Source: an uncultured Planctomycetia bacterium (GTDB lineage Bacteria; Omnitrophota; Gorgyraeia; B26-G9). From it: a stretch of 64,000 bases of DNA. Numbering within the stretch: position 1 is the stretch's first letter; each line of letters begins with the position of its first letter. The stretch is taken from positions 759 to 64,758 of the forward strand of contig CAYTGV010000005.1 in assembly GCA_964437495.1 (NCBI GenBank), in the 5' to 3' direction. Positions 8,775-18,930 of this stretch are shown piece by piece. The notes beneath the pieces are model-generated. The model was given only the letters and a program-made list of their open reading frames with translations. It was not told the DNA's origin and made no database searches. The position numbers were made by a program, and so were the translations under genes.

Positions 8775-9479
8775 CTATTTATTTTCAAGCCCCTCAATTT
8801 TTTTCTCCAGCTCCTCAATGCGCTGCATTACAGGATCAAATACATGGATATGATCAAGCTCTATTTCAATCTTTTTCCCGTCCTGCTTGGTTATTCTTCC
8901 AGGCACACCGACAACTGTGGAATTAGACGCTACATCCTTTAAAACTACTGCATTTGCCCCGACATAAGAGTTATCACCAATATCAATATTTCCCAGCACT
9001 TTTGCTCCGGCGCCAATCACTACATTATTACCGATATTGGGATGTCTTTTCCCTTTTTCCTTTCCCGTCCCGCCAAGCGTTACCCCCTGATACAGGGTAA
9101 CATTGTCTCCGATAATAGTTGTCTCTCCTATAACAACTCCCATGCCATGATCAATAAAAAAACCTTCACCAATAAGTGCAGCCGGGTGGATTTCAATACC
9201 TGTTAACCAGCGGCTGAATTGAGAAACCCACCTGGGAATAAAAGGAATACTGAACTTCAATAAGAAGTGTGCTATTCTGTGCAAAATAAGGGCATGCAAA
9301 CCTGCATAAGTAAAAAGAATCTCAATTGTATTTATTGCCGAAGGATCGCGATCCTTGGTAGATTCTATTTCATCCTTAAAAATAAACGCAATACCAGCAA
9401 TAAAAACAACAACAGTCAAAATGAACATAATTACCGTACCCATAATTACACACCTTCTTTTTTTAGGTTTAAAATTCAC
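8775..9479 (-). CDS. cysE: Serine O-acetyltransferase (start uncertain, possibly 9443)
   Basis: [29 protein letters not shown] hexapeptide repeats. Confidence 0.95.
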   Translation of the reverse strand: MNFKPKKRRCVIMGTVIMFILTVVVFIAGIAFIFKDEIESTKDRDPSAINTIEILFTYAGLHALILHRIAHFLLKFSIPFIPRWVSQFSRWLTGIEIHPAALIGEGFFIDHGMGVVIGETTIIGDNVTLYQGVTLGGTGKEKGKRHPNIGNNVVIGAGAKVLGNIDIGDNSYVGANAVVLKDVASNSTVVGVPGRITKQDGKKIEIELDHIHVFDPVMQRIEELEKKIEGLENK

Positions 9480-9495
9480 CTGATCTACATTTAGA

Positions 9496-9975
9496 TTAAA
9501 TCCTTGGAGCTGCCAGCAAGACTATAGCTGCTGCCGCGATCGCCTTGTTCTGTCCGATAGAATCAAGCCCCTCATTGGTCTTTGCTTTTATATTTACAAT
9601 CTCCTGCTCAATTCCCAAAATTTTGCTCACCATCTCTTTTATCTGGGCCTTATATGGAGAGATCTTAACAACTTCTGCAAATATAATACAATCAATATTC
9701 TTTATATTAAAACCCTTCTTCTTTACTATATTATCTGTTTTGGCCAGTATAATTTTACTGTCTATGTCCTTATATTCAGGATCTGTATCCGAGAAATGAT
9801 CTCCAATATCGCCGCTTCCGGATGCCCCAAGCAAGGCATCACAAATAGCATGCAGAAGAACATCCGCGTCAGAGTGCCCGAGCAATCCTTTTTCTGCCGG
9901 AATTTTTACACCTCCGATAATAAGCGGCCGCCCTTTAACCAATTGATGGATATCATAACCATAACCTACTCGCAT
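9496..9975 (-). CDS. ispF: 2-C-methyl-D-erythritol 2,4-cyclodiphosphate synthase
   Basis: [24 protein letters not shown]. Confidence 0.97.
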   Translation of the reverse strand: MRVGYGYDIHQLVKGRPLIIGGVKIPAEKGLLGHSDADVLLHAICDALLGASGSGDIGDHFSDTDPEYKDIDSKIILAKTDNIVKKKGFNIKNIDCIIFAEVVKISPYKAQIKEMVSKILGIEQEIVNIKAKTNEGLDSIGQNKAIAAAAIVLLAAPRI

Positions 9976-10666
9976 ATTTCCCCTGTGTCTTTAGTATTGC
10001 CCTTGCTATTCTTAAATCCTCCGGGGTTGTAATTTTAATATTCATATTATGCCCCTGGACTATCTTAACCTTTTGTCCCAGTCTCTCTACAAGACTGGCA
10101 TCATCAAAAAATCCGCCTTTTCTATTTTTCAAGTTCTCATAGGCTTTGAGCATTAGCCTATAGGCAAAAACCTGCGGAGTCTGTACCTGCCACAGGCTAT
10201 TACGGTCTAAGGTAGAAATAACTCTCAGATTCTTATCAGCCTTTTTTATTGTTGAAGAACATTCTACAGCACAGATAACTGCTTTATGTTTTATTACCGA
10301 TCTGAAACATTTATCGATAAGTTCATCGTCCAGAAAAGGCCGGGCGCCATCATGAATAAGAACATAATCAGTATCAGTATCAAGCGCCATCAAGCCATTA
10401 TACACAGATGCACTGCGCGTAGGCCCACCGGCAACAACCGCCTTTATTTTTTTAAATTTATATTTTTTTATTAAACGTTCCGTGCGTCTAATATTAGCTT
10501 TTCCACAGCTTACAATAATATCTTTTATTTTTTCGGATCTTTCCAAGGCATTTAAACAATACCATAAAAGCGGTTTATTATTTAAACTTATATATGGTTT
10601 TGCTGTCTTGGACTTTAGCCTGAGCCCGATCCCTGCAGCTGGCACTATAGCACTCAGTTTTTTCAT
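9953..10666 (-). CDS. ispD: 2-C-methyl-D-erythritol 4-phosphate cytidylyltransferase
   Basis: AAGIGLR, IHDGARP, QTPQ, NIKITTPEDL. Confidence 0.96.
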   Translation of the reverse strand: MKKLSAIVPAAGIGLRLKSKTAKPYISLNNKPLLWYCLNALERSEKIKDIIVSCGKANIRRTERLIKKYKFKKIKAVVAGGPTRSASVYNGLMALDTDTDYVLIHDGARPFLDDELIDKCFRSVIKHKAVICAVECSSTIKKADKNLRVISTLDRNSLWQVQTPQVFAYRLMLKAYENLKNRKGGFFDDASLVERLGQKVKIVQGHNMNIKITTPEDLRIARAILKTQGKYASRLWL

Positions 10667-10696
10667 CTTATGATTTAATTCCCCAATTGAAAGCTA

Positions 10697-11725
10697 TCAG
10701 TTCTTTTTGCCTGTTTGACCAGCATTGCCAGCACCTTCATATTTACCAAATATCATTCTGCCGGCTGATGTCTGCAATACACTGGTCACTGCTATATTAA
10801 GAGTCTGGCCGATAAGACGCCTGGATTCCTCAACCACGACCATTGTTCCGTCATCAAGATAGGCAATGCCTTGATTGAATTCCTTTCCTTCCTTTACAAT
10901 CTTTACTTCCATTACTTCCCCAGGCAAAACAACAGGCTTCAAGGCATTAGAGAGTTCGTTTATATTTAAAACTGTAACTCCCTCAAGCTCTGCTACTTTA
11001 TTTAAATTATAATCATTTGTAAATATTTTCCCGTCAAGCACCTTGGCCATTTTTACCAGCTTGGCATCTACTTCAGTGATTTCCGGAAAATCTTCATCAT
11101 GTATTTTAACTATTACTCTGTCTAGTTTCTGGATTTTATTCAAAATATCTAGACCTCTTCGACCGCGGTTTCTTTTTAAAGCATCAGAAGAATCAGCAAT
11201 CTGCTGTAGTTCCTTTAAAACAAAACGTGGAATTATAAGACGCCCTTCTATAAATTTAGTCTGACAAAGATCAATTATCCTTCCATCGATAATAACACTG
11301 GTATCCAGCAGAATATTCTGCTGGACCTGATCATGACGGGTGAACTTCACATAAGGTATGATTAAATTAAATTCATCTCTGCCGCGAATAGCAACGATCA
11401 TCCCCAAATAACACAAAATAAGACTGAATATTACCCGGGTAGTTCTTGCCGTAGCTTCATCAACCGGCAGAAGCATTACAGCGTCAGTCAATAGCTTTGC
11501 CGCTAAAAGCCCAAAGATCAGACCAAAAACAGCGCTGGACAGCCCCCGCACAGAAATCCGTCTTAATCCCCTTTCCACAGCAATGATAATAACACTTACA
11601 AAAAAACCAATCCCTAATCCTACTAAAGCTGAATTAGAATCAGGTGTTCCCAGTAAAGCTCCCAGCTGATATCCTACTAACATACTTATAAGAGCAAAAA
11701 ACGCACGTACAAAAAATATAGTCAT
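10697..11725 (-). CDS. yacL: Membrane PIN/TRAM domain protein (YacL family)
   Basis: N-terminal TMs, LDTSVIIDGRI PIN motif, YLDDGTMVVVE TRAM. Confidence 0.93.
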   Translation of the reverse strand: MTIFFVRAFFALISMLVGYQLGALLGTPDSNSALVGLGIGFFVSVIIIAVERGLRRISVRGLSSAVFGLIFGLLAAKLLTDAVMLLPVDEATARTTRVIFSLILCYLGMIVAIRGRDEFNLIIPYVKFTRHDQVQQNILLDTSVIIDGRIIDLCQTKFIEGRLIIPRFVLKELQQIADSSDALKRNRGRRGLDILNKIQKLDRVIVKIHDEDFPEITEVDAKLVKMAKVLDGKIFTNDYNLNKVAELEGVTVLNINELSNALKPVVLPGEVMEVKIVKEGKEFNQGIAYLDDGTMVVVEESRRLIGQTLNIAVTSVLQTSAGRMIFGKYEGAGNAGQTGKKN

Positions 11726-11783
11726 CTTAAGTCACTTCCTTCCCGAAATTATAATTCTTTCTATTATAGGAAAACAGAAAAAA

Positions 11784-12251
11784 CCTGATTCCACAGATTT
11801 AAAAAGGTTACAAGATTCTTTCCTAATCAAACACAGACAAAATCGCTGTAATCTGTTTTTCATCGATGTAATCAAGAGACATTCTTATTGCCTTACAAAG
11901 GCTATCCTACCCTAACTAAGAATGTCCTAAAATTATGATTGATAATAATTACACAGAGCCAATTTTCCTGAATATCGGATTTCAGGAATTACACTGATAG
12001 CTCATTAAAAACGAATCCGTCTTTCATTAGAGCATAAATATAGATAATCTCTGTGCAACCTTTCAACCCGAAAAATTTACCATCCTGTCTACTGCAAACA
12101 CATATTTCTTCGCATCTACCACGTTTTGCTCCCTCAGAATCCTCGACGTATTCCATAGAATACGCCTGCGGGTTCTTCGGTCGCAAGCCTTATATCTGCA
12201 ACGATCTTCGTGCCTTCGCAACAACACCATGATAAAATATCCGAGTCTAAA
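11784..12251. repeat. Cluster of palindromic/MITE-like intergenic elements
   Basis: GATTCCACAGATT...AATCTGT...GTAATC hairpins; TTCCTGAA/TTCAGGAA; nested element 12060-12251 with a CTCGACGTATTC/GAATACGCCTGCG core. Confidence 0.55.
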
Positions 12252-12278
12252 CCAGTGTAAATAAAAAACATAAAATTC

Positions 12279-13652
12279 CTACTTTTCTATTATAAGATCC
12301 ATTGCTTCCTTAACAGTAGAAACACCGATGATCTCCAACTTACTTTTCTTTGACCTCCCCCCCAAATTTTTTAAATTGTTTGCGGGCATTATTACCCGAT
12401 TAAAACCCATTTTTTCCACCTCTTTGATCCGCAAATCAGCCTTAGTTACAGCTCTGATTTCACCGCCAAGTCCTACTTCTCCAAATATCACATCTGTGCT
12501 TAAAATAGGCTTTTCCCTAAAGCTGGAAAAAATAGCCGTAATAACAGCTAAATCAGCTGCCGGTTCAACAATTTTAACACCTCCGGCAACATTAACAAAT
12601 ATATCCTGGTTCTGCAGCGGACATTGCGCTCTTTTTTCCAAGACAGCGGTAAGTAAAGCCACCCGGTTAAGATCAATGCCTGTTGTACGACGCCTGGGTA
12701 AACCAAAATTAGTCGGACTTACCAAAGATTGGATCTCAACCAGAAGAGGTCTTGTGCCTTCCATAGTCGCTACCACAGCAGATCCTGAAGTATTCTCCTG
12801 ACGCTGTGTCAGAAACATTACAGATGGATTATCCACTTGCTTAAGGCCTTCTGATGTCATTTCAAAAATACCGATCTCATTAGTCGAACCAAAGCGATTT
12901 TTTACAGCCCGCAAAATCCTGAAATTTGTATGTGTTTCTCCTTCAAAATATAAAACAGTGTCCACTAAATGCTCTAAAACCCTGGGCCCGGCAAGCGATC
13001 CATCTTTTGTAACATGACCTACCAAGAAGACTGCAATACCTGTTTTTTTTGCAAGTATCGTCAATCTAGACGCGCATTCCCTAACCTGAGAGACACTGCC
13101 TGATGCACTTGTTATATCATCGGTATAAAGAACTTGTATTGAATCAGCAATAATCACATCAGGCGCAATCTTTTTTATATGTTCAAAGATAATATCCAGA
13201 TTTGTTTCACAGACAATATAAAGATCATCTTCAACAGCATTCAAACGCTCAGCCCGCAATTTAGTCTGCTGCGCTGACTCTTCCGCACTAATATAAAGAA
13301 TCTTCTTATTTTTTTTTCTTAATGCCGCGCAAACCTGCAAAAGCAGTGTAGACTTCCCGATGCCTGGTGCTCCGCCAAATAAAACCACAGATCCTTCTAC
13401 AACCCCACCACCTAGAACATGATCAAGTTCCGACATGTCAGTTTTAACTCTAAGATTGTTTTCAATCTTAACATCCCCTAACCGTTCAGGTTTTGAGAGC
13501 AAATTAATAGCAAATCGGTGAGTGCTTTCAGTTGTTTTCTGGTTGACTTCCTCGACAAGTGAATTCCAACTATTGCACTCCGGACAACGGCCTATCCATT
13601 TTGCCGAAGAATAACCGCACTTCTGACATATAAATTCGGTTTTTATCTTCAT
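12279..13652 (-). CDS. radA: DNA repair protein RadA/Sms
   Basis: CxxC-CxxC zinc finger, GIGKST, KNRFG; start reassigned to MKIKTEF. Confidence 0.97.
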   Translation of the reverse strand: MKIKTEFICQKCGYSSAKWIGRCPECNSWNSLVEEVNQKTTESTHRFAINLLSKPERLGDVKIENNLRVKTDMSELDHVLGGGVVEGSVVLFGGAPGIGKSTLLLQVCAALRKKNKKILYISAEESAQQTKLRAERLNAVEDDLYIVCETNLDIIFEHIKKIAPDVIIADSIQVLYTDDITSASGSVSQVRECASRLTILAKKTGIAVFLVGHVTKDGSLAGPRVLEHLVDTVLYFEGETHTNFRILRAVKNRFGSTNEIGIFEMTSEGLKQVDNPSVMFLTQRQENTSGSAVVATMEGTRPLLVEIQSLVSPTNFGLPRRRTTGIDLNRVALLTAVLEKRAQCPLQNQDIFVNVAGGVKIVEPAADLAVITAIFSSFREKPILSTDVIFGEVGLGGEIRAVTKADLRIKEVEKMGFNRVIMPANNLKNLGGRSKKSKLEIIGVSTVKEAMDLIIEK

Positions 13653-13696
13653 TGTTTTATAAAAATAAACAGCAGTCAGGTTATTCCTGTTTGCTG

Positions 13697-14476
13697 TTAA
13701 TCTCCTTTTGTTCTCCTCTTTTTTACACGCGGAGCTTTCTGGAATATTTTCCATGGATGCAGTTTTAGATCTTTGACTAAATCATTAAGCGCAATATTTA
13801 AATCAGTTATAGTCTTGTCCAGCTTTCCGTTTAGATTTACGATCATTGCCTCGGTCTCATTGTAGATCGAATCATCATTAATAAGCTTACCAAGTGTTCC
13901 CTTACCATTTTTCACGCTAAGAACGGTTTCATTTAAAACTTTCGTGGTCTCTTTTAGATTTTCAGTAGCTACTCTCATATTATAAAAACTCTCTCTCAAA
14001 GAATCCCTTACAGTCTGATCCCCTACAATATCAACAAGCGATTCTGTAAGCTTTTCAAGCTGAACCGGATTGTTTCCCATGATAAAATCACCATCTCTTA
14101 AAAAATTTTCTCTGTCATCGCCAGGTACAATCTCCACATATTTCTCACCTAAAATACCCAGAGTATTAATATAAGCTACAGAATCCTTTGGGATCTTAAC
14201 ACTATTTTTTAGCATAAGATGCAGCTGAACCTGTGTCTTTTTCTTCTCATGATGATAAAAAATTTCCACATTCTTAACATCACCCACAGCAACTCCGGCA
14301 ACGTGCACAGGAGCATCCCTAGACACACCGTTTACAAAATCAAAAATAACGTTTAATTTTTGTGTATTTCTATTAAAAATATTTATCCCGCCTATCTGAA
14401 AAACTATTACAGATAAAATCAAAATAGCAATAAACACAAACAGTCCCACTTTAAATTCGATGCTAACGCCTTTCAT
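13697..14476 (-). CDS. mlaD: MCE/MlaD family protein
   Basis: KVGLFV TM, V.VAGVAVG.V, GILGEKYVEI.PG. Confidence 0.9.
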   Translation of the reverse strand: MKGVSIEFKVGLFVFIAILILSVIVFQIGGINIFNRNTQKLNVIFDFVNGVSRDAPVHVAGVAVGDVKNVEIFYHHEKKKTQVQLHLMLKNSVKIPKDSVAYINTLGILGEKYVEIVPGDDRENFLRDGDFIMGNNPVQLEKLTESLVDIVGDQTVRDSLRESFYNMRVATENLKETTKVLNETVLSVKNGKGTLGKLINDDSIYNETEAMIVNLNGKLDKTITDLNIALNDLVKDLKLHPWKIFQKAPRVKKRRTKGD

Positions 14477-14605
14477 CTTTTCTCCCCCATTTGCCAAAAT
14501 TCATAAAAAAGGACCTATAAACTCCATTAGAAAACTTAGTTTTTACCCAGATCAGAATCGTTATTTTTCTCAAACTGCACAAATTAAATATTAATTATAT
14601 TTTTA

Positions 14606-15376
14606 TCAATCAGTTCTTTTTTGTTCATTACGCTTATCGGTTATCGGGCCATGAGCCGCTCCTGTTATAAACTGCCTAACAATTGGGTCCTCTGTATTTC
14701 TAATTTCATCCGGAGTCCCCTGAGCGATTATTTTTCCGTCATAAAGCATTGCTATTCTTGTGCCTACTTTGTAAGCAGAAGTCATATCATGAGTAACAAC
14801 TATAGAAGTTACTTTCAATTTTTCTTTCAAGCGAATGATCAATTCATTTATCATATCCGCCATGATCGGGTCAAGCCCAGTTGTCGGCTCATCATAAAGA
14901 ATAATTTGAGGTTCATTACATATTGCACGCGCAAGCCCTACTCTTTTTTTCATGCCGCCGCTAAGTTCAGCAGGCTTTTTATCCATTATATCGTCCAGAT
15001 CAACGCTTTCTAAAGACTTTGCTACCCTTTCCTTTATTTCCTCTTCTGTTTTGTCAGTATGCTCATACAAAGCAAACCCAACATTTTCATAAACATCAAG
15101 TGAATCAAAAAGTGCAGCTCCTTGAAAAAGCATTCCAAATTTCATTCTCAGGTTTACAAGATCTTTGCCCCTTAATTTAGATACTAGTTGAGAATCAACA
15201 AAAACCTCTCCTTCATCAGGCCTTAAAATCCCGATAATATGTTTCAAAAGAACACTTTTACCGCATCCAGAGCGCCCGATAATAACCAGCGTTTCTCCTT
15301 CATTGATTTCCAAATCCAGTCCTTTTAGGACTTTCATGCCCTCAAATTCTTTATGTAGGTTTTTTATCGTTATCAT
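14606..15376 (-). CDS. mlaF: MlaF-type ABC ATPase
   Basis: GRSGCGKS, LSGGMKKRVGLARA, YDEPTTGLDP; start MITIK. Confidence 0.93.
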   Translation of the reverse strand: MITIKNLHKEFEGMKVLKGLDLEINEGETLVIIGRSGCGKSVLLKHIIGILRPDEGEVFVDSQLVSKLRGKDLVNLRMKFGMLFQGAALFDSLDVYENVGFALYEHTDKTEEEIKERVAKSLESVDLDDIMDKKPAELSGGMKKRVGLARAICNEPQIILYDEPTTGLDPIMADMINELIIRLKEKLKVTSIVVTHDMTSAYKVGTRIAMLYDGKIIAQGTPDEIRNTEDPIVRQFITGAAHGPITDKRNEQKRTD

Positions 15377-15407
15377 TAATAAAACTCCAATGTCTAAATT
15401 TAACCTT

Positions 15408-15509
15408 CCCCGTACGCTTAAGGGGGACGATCCCACCAAATTGCGGCGGGATAAATTTCCACCACTGAATACCAGTGGCGAGACCTCGCCACATGAAATG
15501 TGGCGGGCA
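15408..15509. repeat. Cluster of short GC palindromes (CCCGCC/GGCGGG type)
   Basis: Several stacked hairpins between mlaE and mlaF; similar units at ~5408-5431 and ~18777-18860. Confidence 0.55.
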
Positions 15510-15514
15510 CTCAT

Positions 15515-16294
15515 TTAAAATATAAAATAAAACAATGCTGTAAAGAAACAGTCAAAAGCAATAACCAGAATACAGGCAGTAGCCACAGAAAGTGTCGTTG
15601 CCTTTCCTACTCCCTCAGCTCCTCCTTTTGTCCTAAGGCCCTCATAACAAGCAACAATAGAAATAATTGCCCCAAAAACCAACGCCTTCAGAAGACCGGT
15701 AAATACATCCTTATAAATAAGCGCATCAAATGTCTTTTTAATATATAAATGCGGAGAAATATGCAGTTTAGAAACCCCTACAATAAATCCGCCAAGGATA
15801 CCAACAAAATCAGCATATACTGTCAAAAGAGGCAGCATTATACACAAAGCCAAAAATCTGGGCACAACAAGATATTTAATCGGATTAGTCGCTAAAGTCT
15901 CCAGTGCATCTACCTGCTCCGTTACCTTCATTGTCCCTACTTCGGCGGTAATTGATGATCCTACCCTAGCGGCAACAACAAGAGCAGTAAAAACAGGCCC
16001 CATCTCTCTAGTCATAGACACGCTTACCAATGACGCAATATAAATCTCCGCAGACATTTGTCTCATGGTGTATGCAGTCTGAAAAGCTAAAACAATACCA
16101 GCAAAAAAAGCAGTTAGGAAAACAATCATAATGCTGTCTACCCCTGTTTTTTTCATCTGCTCAAGAAGCTGCCCTTTTTTAAACGGAGGAACAAATATCA
16201 AGCCTATTGTGCGTACAAGCAAAACACTCACTCCGCCAACATACTCCACAAGCTCAGTGATCTTTGCTCTTACTTTAAATGCATATGTGTTCAT
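15515..16294 (-). CDS. mlaE: MlaE-type ABC permease
   Basis: REMGPV, MKVTEQVDAL, GGAEGVGKATT. Confidence 0.95.
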   Translation of the reverse strand: MNTYAFKVRAKITELVEYVGGVSVLLVRTIGLIFVPPFKKGQLLEQMKKTGVDSIMIVFLTAFFAGIVLAFQTAYTMRQMSAEIYIASLVSVSMTREMGPVFTALVVAARVGSSITAEVGTMKVTEQVDALETLATNPIKYLVVPRFLALCIMLPLLTVYADFVGILGGFIVGVSKLHISPHLYIKKTFDALIYKDVFTGLLKALVFGAIISIVACYEGLRTKGGAEGVGKATTLSVATACILVIAFDCFFTALFYFIF

Positions 16295-16317
16295 AGCAGC
16301 TTTACCTCAATTTTTGA

Positions 16318-18756
16318 TCAAGTGGAAAAAGTAAGCTCTTCCTTTTTTAGGTCTGCAGATATTTTAATCTGCTTTGTCTTTTCGATATGCCCAGACAATA
16401 TTTCTTCAGCCAAAGGATTTTCTAAAAATCTTTGGATAGTTCTCTTCAGGGGCCTTGCACCGAAATTCTGGTCAAATCCTTTAGTGATCAGCAGATCTTT
16501 TGCTTTTTGGTCAAGCTCAATATCTACTTGCTGGTCACTTAAACGTGCTACAAGGTCATGTATTTCAATCTCTATTATCTTATAGAGATCCTCTTTGGTC
16601 AAAGGCCTAAATACTATCGCATCATCAACACGATTAAGAAATTCAGGTTTAAAAGCTTTCTTAACCTCTTCCATTAATTTAGCTTTCATTGATTTATAAT
16701 TCATCTCGTCTTCCTGAGATGTGAAACCAATCGCTCCCTGCTTACGCAGTAAATCTGCTCCGATATTACTGGTCATGATCAACACAGTATTTCGAAAGTC
16801 AATTTTTCTACCCAGACTGTCTGTTAAACGCCCTTCTTCTAAAACCTGCAGCAACAGATTAAATACATCCGGATGTGCTTTTTCAACCTCATCCAGCAGG
16901 ATTACCGAATAAGGTTTTCTTCTGACTTTTTCTGTCAATTGCCCCCCCTCTTCATATCCAACATATCCGGGAGGTGCTCCGACTAAACGTGAGACATTGA
17001 ATTTTTCCATATATTCTGACATATCAATTTGAATTATCGAATCAAGATCTCCGAACATAAAATTTGCCAGTGCCTTACCAAGAAGCGTCTTACCAACCCC
17101 TGTAGGCCCGAGGAATATAAATGACCCAATAGGCCGTTTCGGGTCTTTCAATCCTGCGCGTGAGCGGCGTACAGCATGCGTAATAGCCTTTATCGCCTCG
17201 TCCTGTCCAATAATTGTTTTATGCAATTCATCTTCCATCTTTAAAAGCTTTTCGCTTTCTTTCTCCTCCAAACGAGCTATAGGAACTCCGGTCCATTGGG
17301 AAATTATTTCAGCGATATCCTCTTCCTGGACCTCAACACTTGTCTCCATATTGCTTTCTTTCCAGCTACGCCTTATTTTTTCAAGCTCACTGCGGGATTC
17401 TCGCTCTTTATCACGATAAGAAGCCGCCTTTTCAAAATCCTGAGCCTTTACAGATGCCTCTTTTTCTTTTCTTAATTCCTCAATTTTATTTTCCATGTCT
17501 TTTAGATCCGGAGGCGCTGTCATAGCTTCAAGTCTTGCTTTAGCACCAGCTTCATCAATAATATCAACTGCCTTATCAGGCAGAAATCTACCGCTTATAT
17601 AACGCTCGGATAATTTAGCCGCTGCATTCAATGCCGCATCTGAATACTTAACCCTATGATGCGCTTCATATTTATCTCTTAGGCCTTTTAAGATCTCAAA
17701 CGTTTCAGATATAGACGGCGGATCAACAATTATAGTCTGAAATCTTCTTTCAAGCGCCGCGTCTTTTTCAATATATTTTCGGTATTCATCAATTGTCGTT
17801 GCTCCAATACACTGAATCTCTCCGCGAGCCAATGCAGGTTTTAAAATGTTAGATGCATCTATCGCTCCCTCTGCTCCGCCTGCTCCGACTAGTGTATGCA
17901 GCTCATCAATAAATATCATTACATTCTCAGATCGTTTTATTTCATCCATAACCGCCTTAATGCGTTCTTCAAACTGGCCTCTGTATTTTGTACCTGCTAC
18001 CATTAAAGCCAGATCAAGCACAACCACTCTTTTATCACGCAATATCTCAGGAACATTTCCGGCAACAATTTTTTGCGCTAGTCCCTCTACAATAGCTGTT
18101 TTTCCTACACCTGCCTCACCAAGCAAAACAGGATTGTTTTTAGTTCTGCGGCTGAGAATACGGATAACCCGCTCTATTTCCATAGCCCTGCCAATCACAG
18201 GATCAAGTTTTCCGTTTTTAGCTAATTTATTAAGATCTCTGCCAAAAGCATCTAAGGCTGGAGTTTTAGCCTTTGAGGCAACTGCACCCGGTTGTTGTGT
18301 AGCATCGTAATTTGCGGAGGTTGTTCCCAATAATTCCATTATCTCTTTACGTACCTTATTAAGATCAAGTCCGAGGTTTAACAATACTTGTGAAGCTACT
18401 CCTTCATTTTCACGAATAAGCCCGAGCAGAAGATGCTCTGTCCCTATATAGTTATGGCCCAGATTTCTGGCCTCATCCATAGCCAGCTCAATCACCTTTT
18501 TTGCTTTAGGCGTAAACGGTATATCTCCGCTGGTTACCGTACTTGGCCCAGGCTGAACCAGTTTTTCTGTCTCCAGCCTTATCATATCCAGATTAAGTCC
18601 CAGGTTCTGCAATACCGCAGAAGCAACCCCCTCGCCTTCTTTAATAAGTCCAAGCAGTATATGTTCAGTACCTATATAGTCGTGATTGAATCGTTTGGAT
18701 TCTTCTTTTGCCAATAAGATTACTTTTCTCGCTCTCTCTGTAAATCTGTCAAACAT
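16318..18756 (-). CDS. clpC: ATP-dependent Clp protease ATPase ClpC
   Basis: MFDRFTERA start, two Clp-N repeats, two AAA modules, UVR coiled coil. Confidence 0.97.
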   Translation of the reverse strand: MFDRFTERARKVILLAKEESKRFNHDYIGTEHILLGLIKEGEGVASAVLQNLGLNLDMIRLETEKLVQPGPSTVTSGDIPFTPKAKKVIELAMDEARNLGHNYIGTEHLLLGLIRENEGVASQVLLNLGLDLNKVRKEIMELLGTTSANYDATQQPGAVASKAKTPALDAFGRDLNKLAKNGKLDPVIGRAMEIERVIRILSRRTKNNPVLLGEAGVGKTAIVEGLAQKIVAGNVPEILRDKRVVVLDLALMVAGTKYRGQFEERIKAVMDEIKRSENVMIFIDELHTLVGAGGAEGAIDASNILKPALARGEIQCIGATTIDEYRKYIEKDAALERRFQTIIVDPPSISETFEILKGLRDKYEAHHRVKYSDAALNAAAKLSERYISGRFLPDKAVDIIDEAGAKARLEAMTAPPDLKDMENKIEELRKEKEASVKAQDFEKAASYRDKERESRSELEKIRRSWKESNMETSVEVQEEDIAEIISQWTGVPIARLEEKESEKLLKMEDELHKTIIGQDEAIKAITHAVRRSRAGLKDPKRPIGSFIFLGPTGVGKTLLGKALANFMFGDLDSIIQIDMSEYMEKFNVSRLVGAPPGYVGYEEGGQLTEKVRRKPYSVILLDEVEKAHPDVFNLLLQVLEEGRLTDSLGRKIDFRNTVLIMTSNIGADLLRKQGAIGFTSQEDEMNYKSMKAKLMEEVKKAFKPEFLNRVDDAIVFRPLTKEDLYKIIEIEIHDLVARLSDQQVDIELDQKAKDLLITKGFDQNFGARPLKRTIQRFLENPLAEEILSGHIEKTKQIKISADLKKEELTFST

Positions 18757-18930
18757 GTAACTCCCCCTTTTTAATGATCCCGCCTTGACAGGCGAATTAA
18801 ACCCGCCCCATCTTTTATCTTTGTCTTTGCCCAATATAAGATTGGTGCACAGGTAATCCACTATATAAAAAATATTATTATCTGATACAATCTAATAGCT
18901 TAGCATTATTAAAATTTACTAAACCGTGAT

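Noticed and set aside
11989-12186. 65-aa ORF
   Set aside because: Lies within a palindromic repeat element.
15377-15514. N-terminal extensions of MlaF (also ClpC 18757-18861, RadA, TilS) in the ORF track
   Set aside because: Longest-ORF artefacts through repeats or overlaps; family-typical starts lie downstream.
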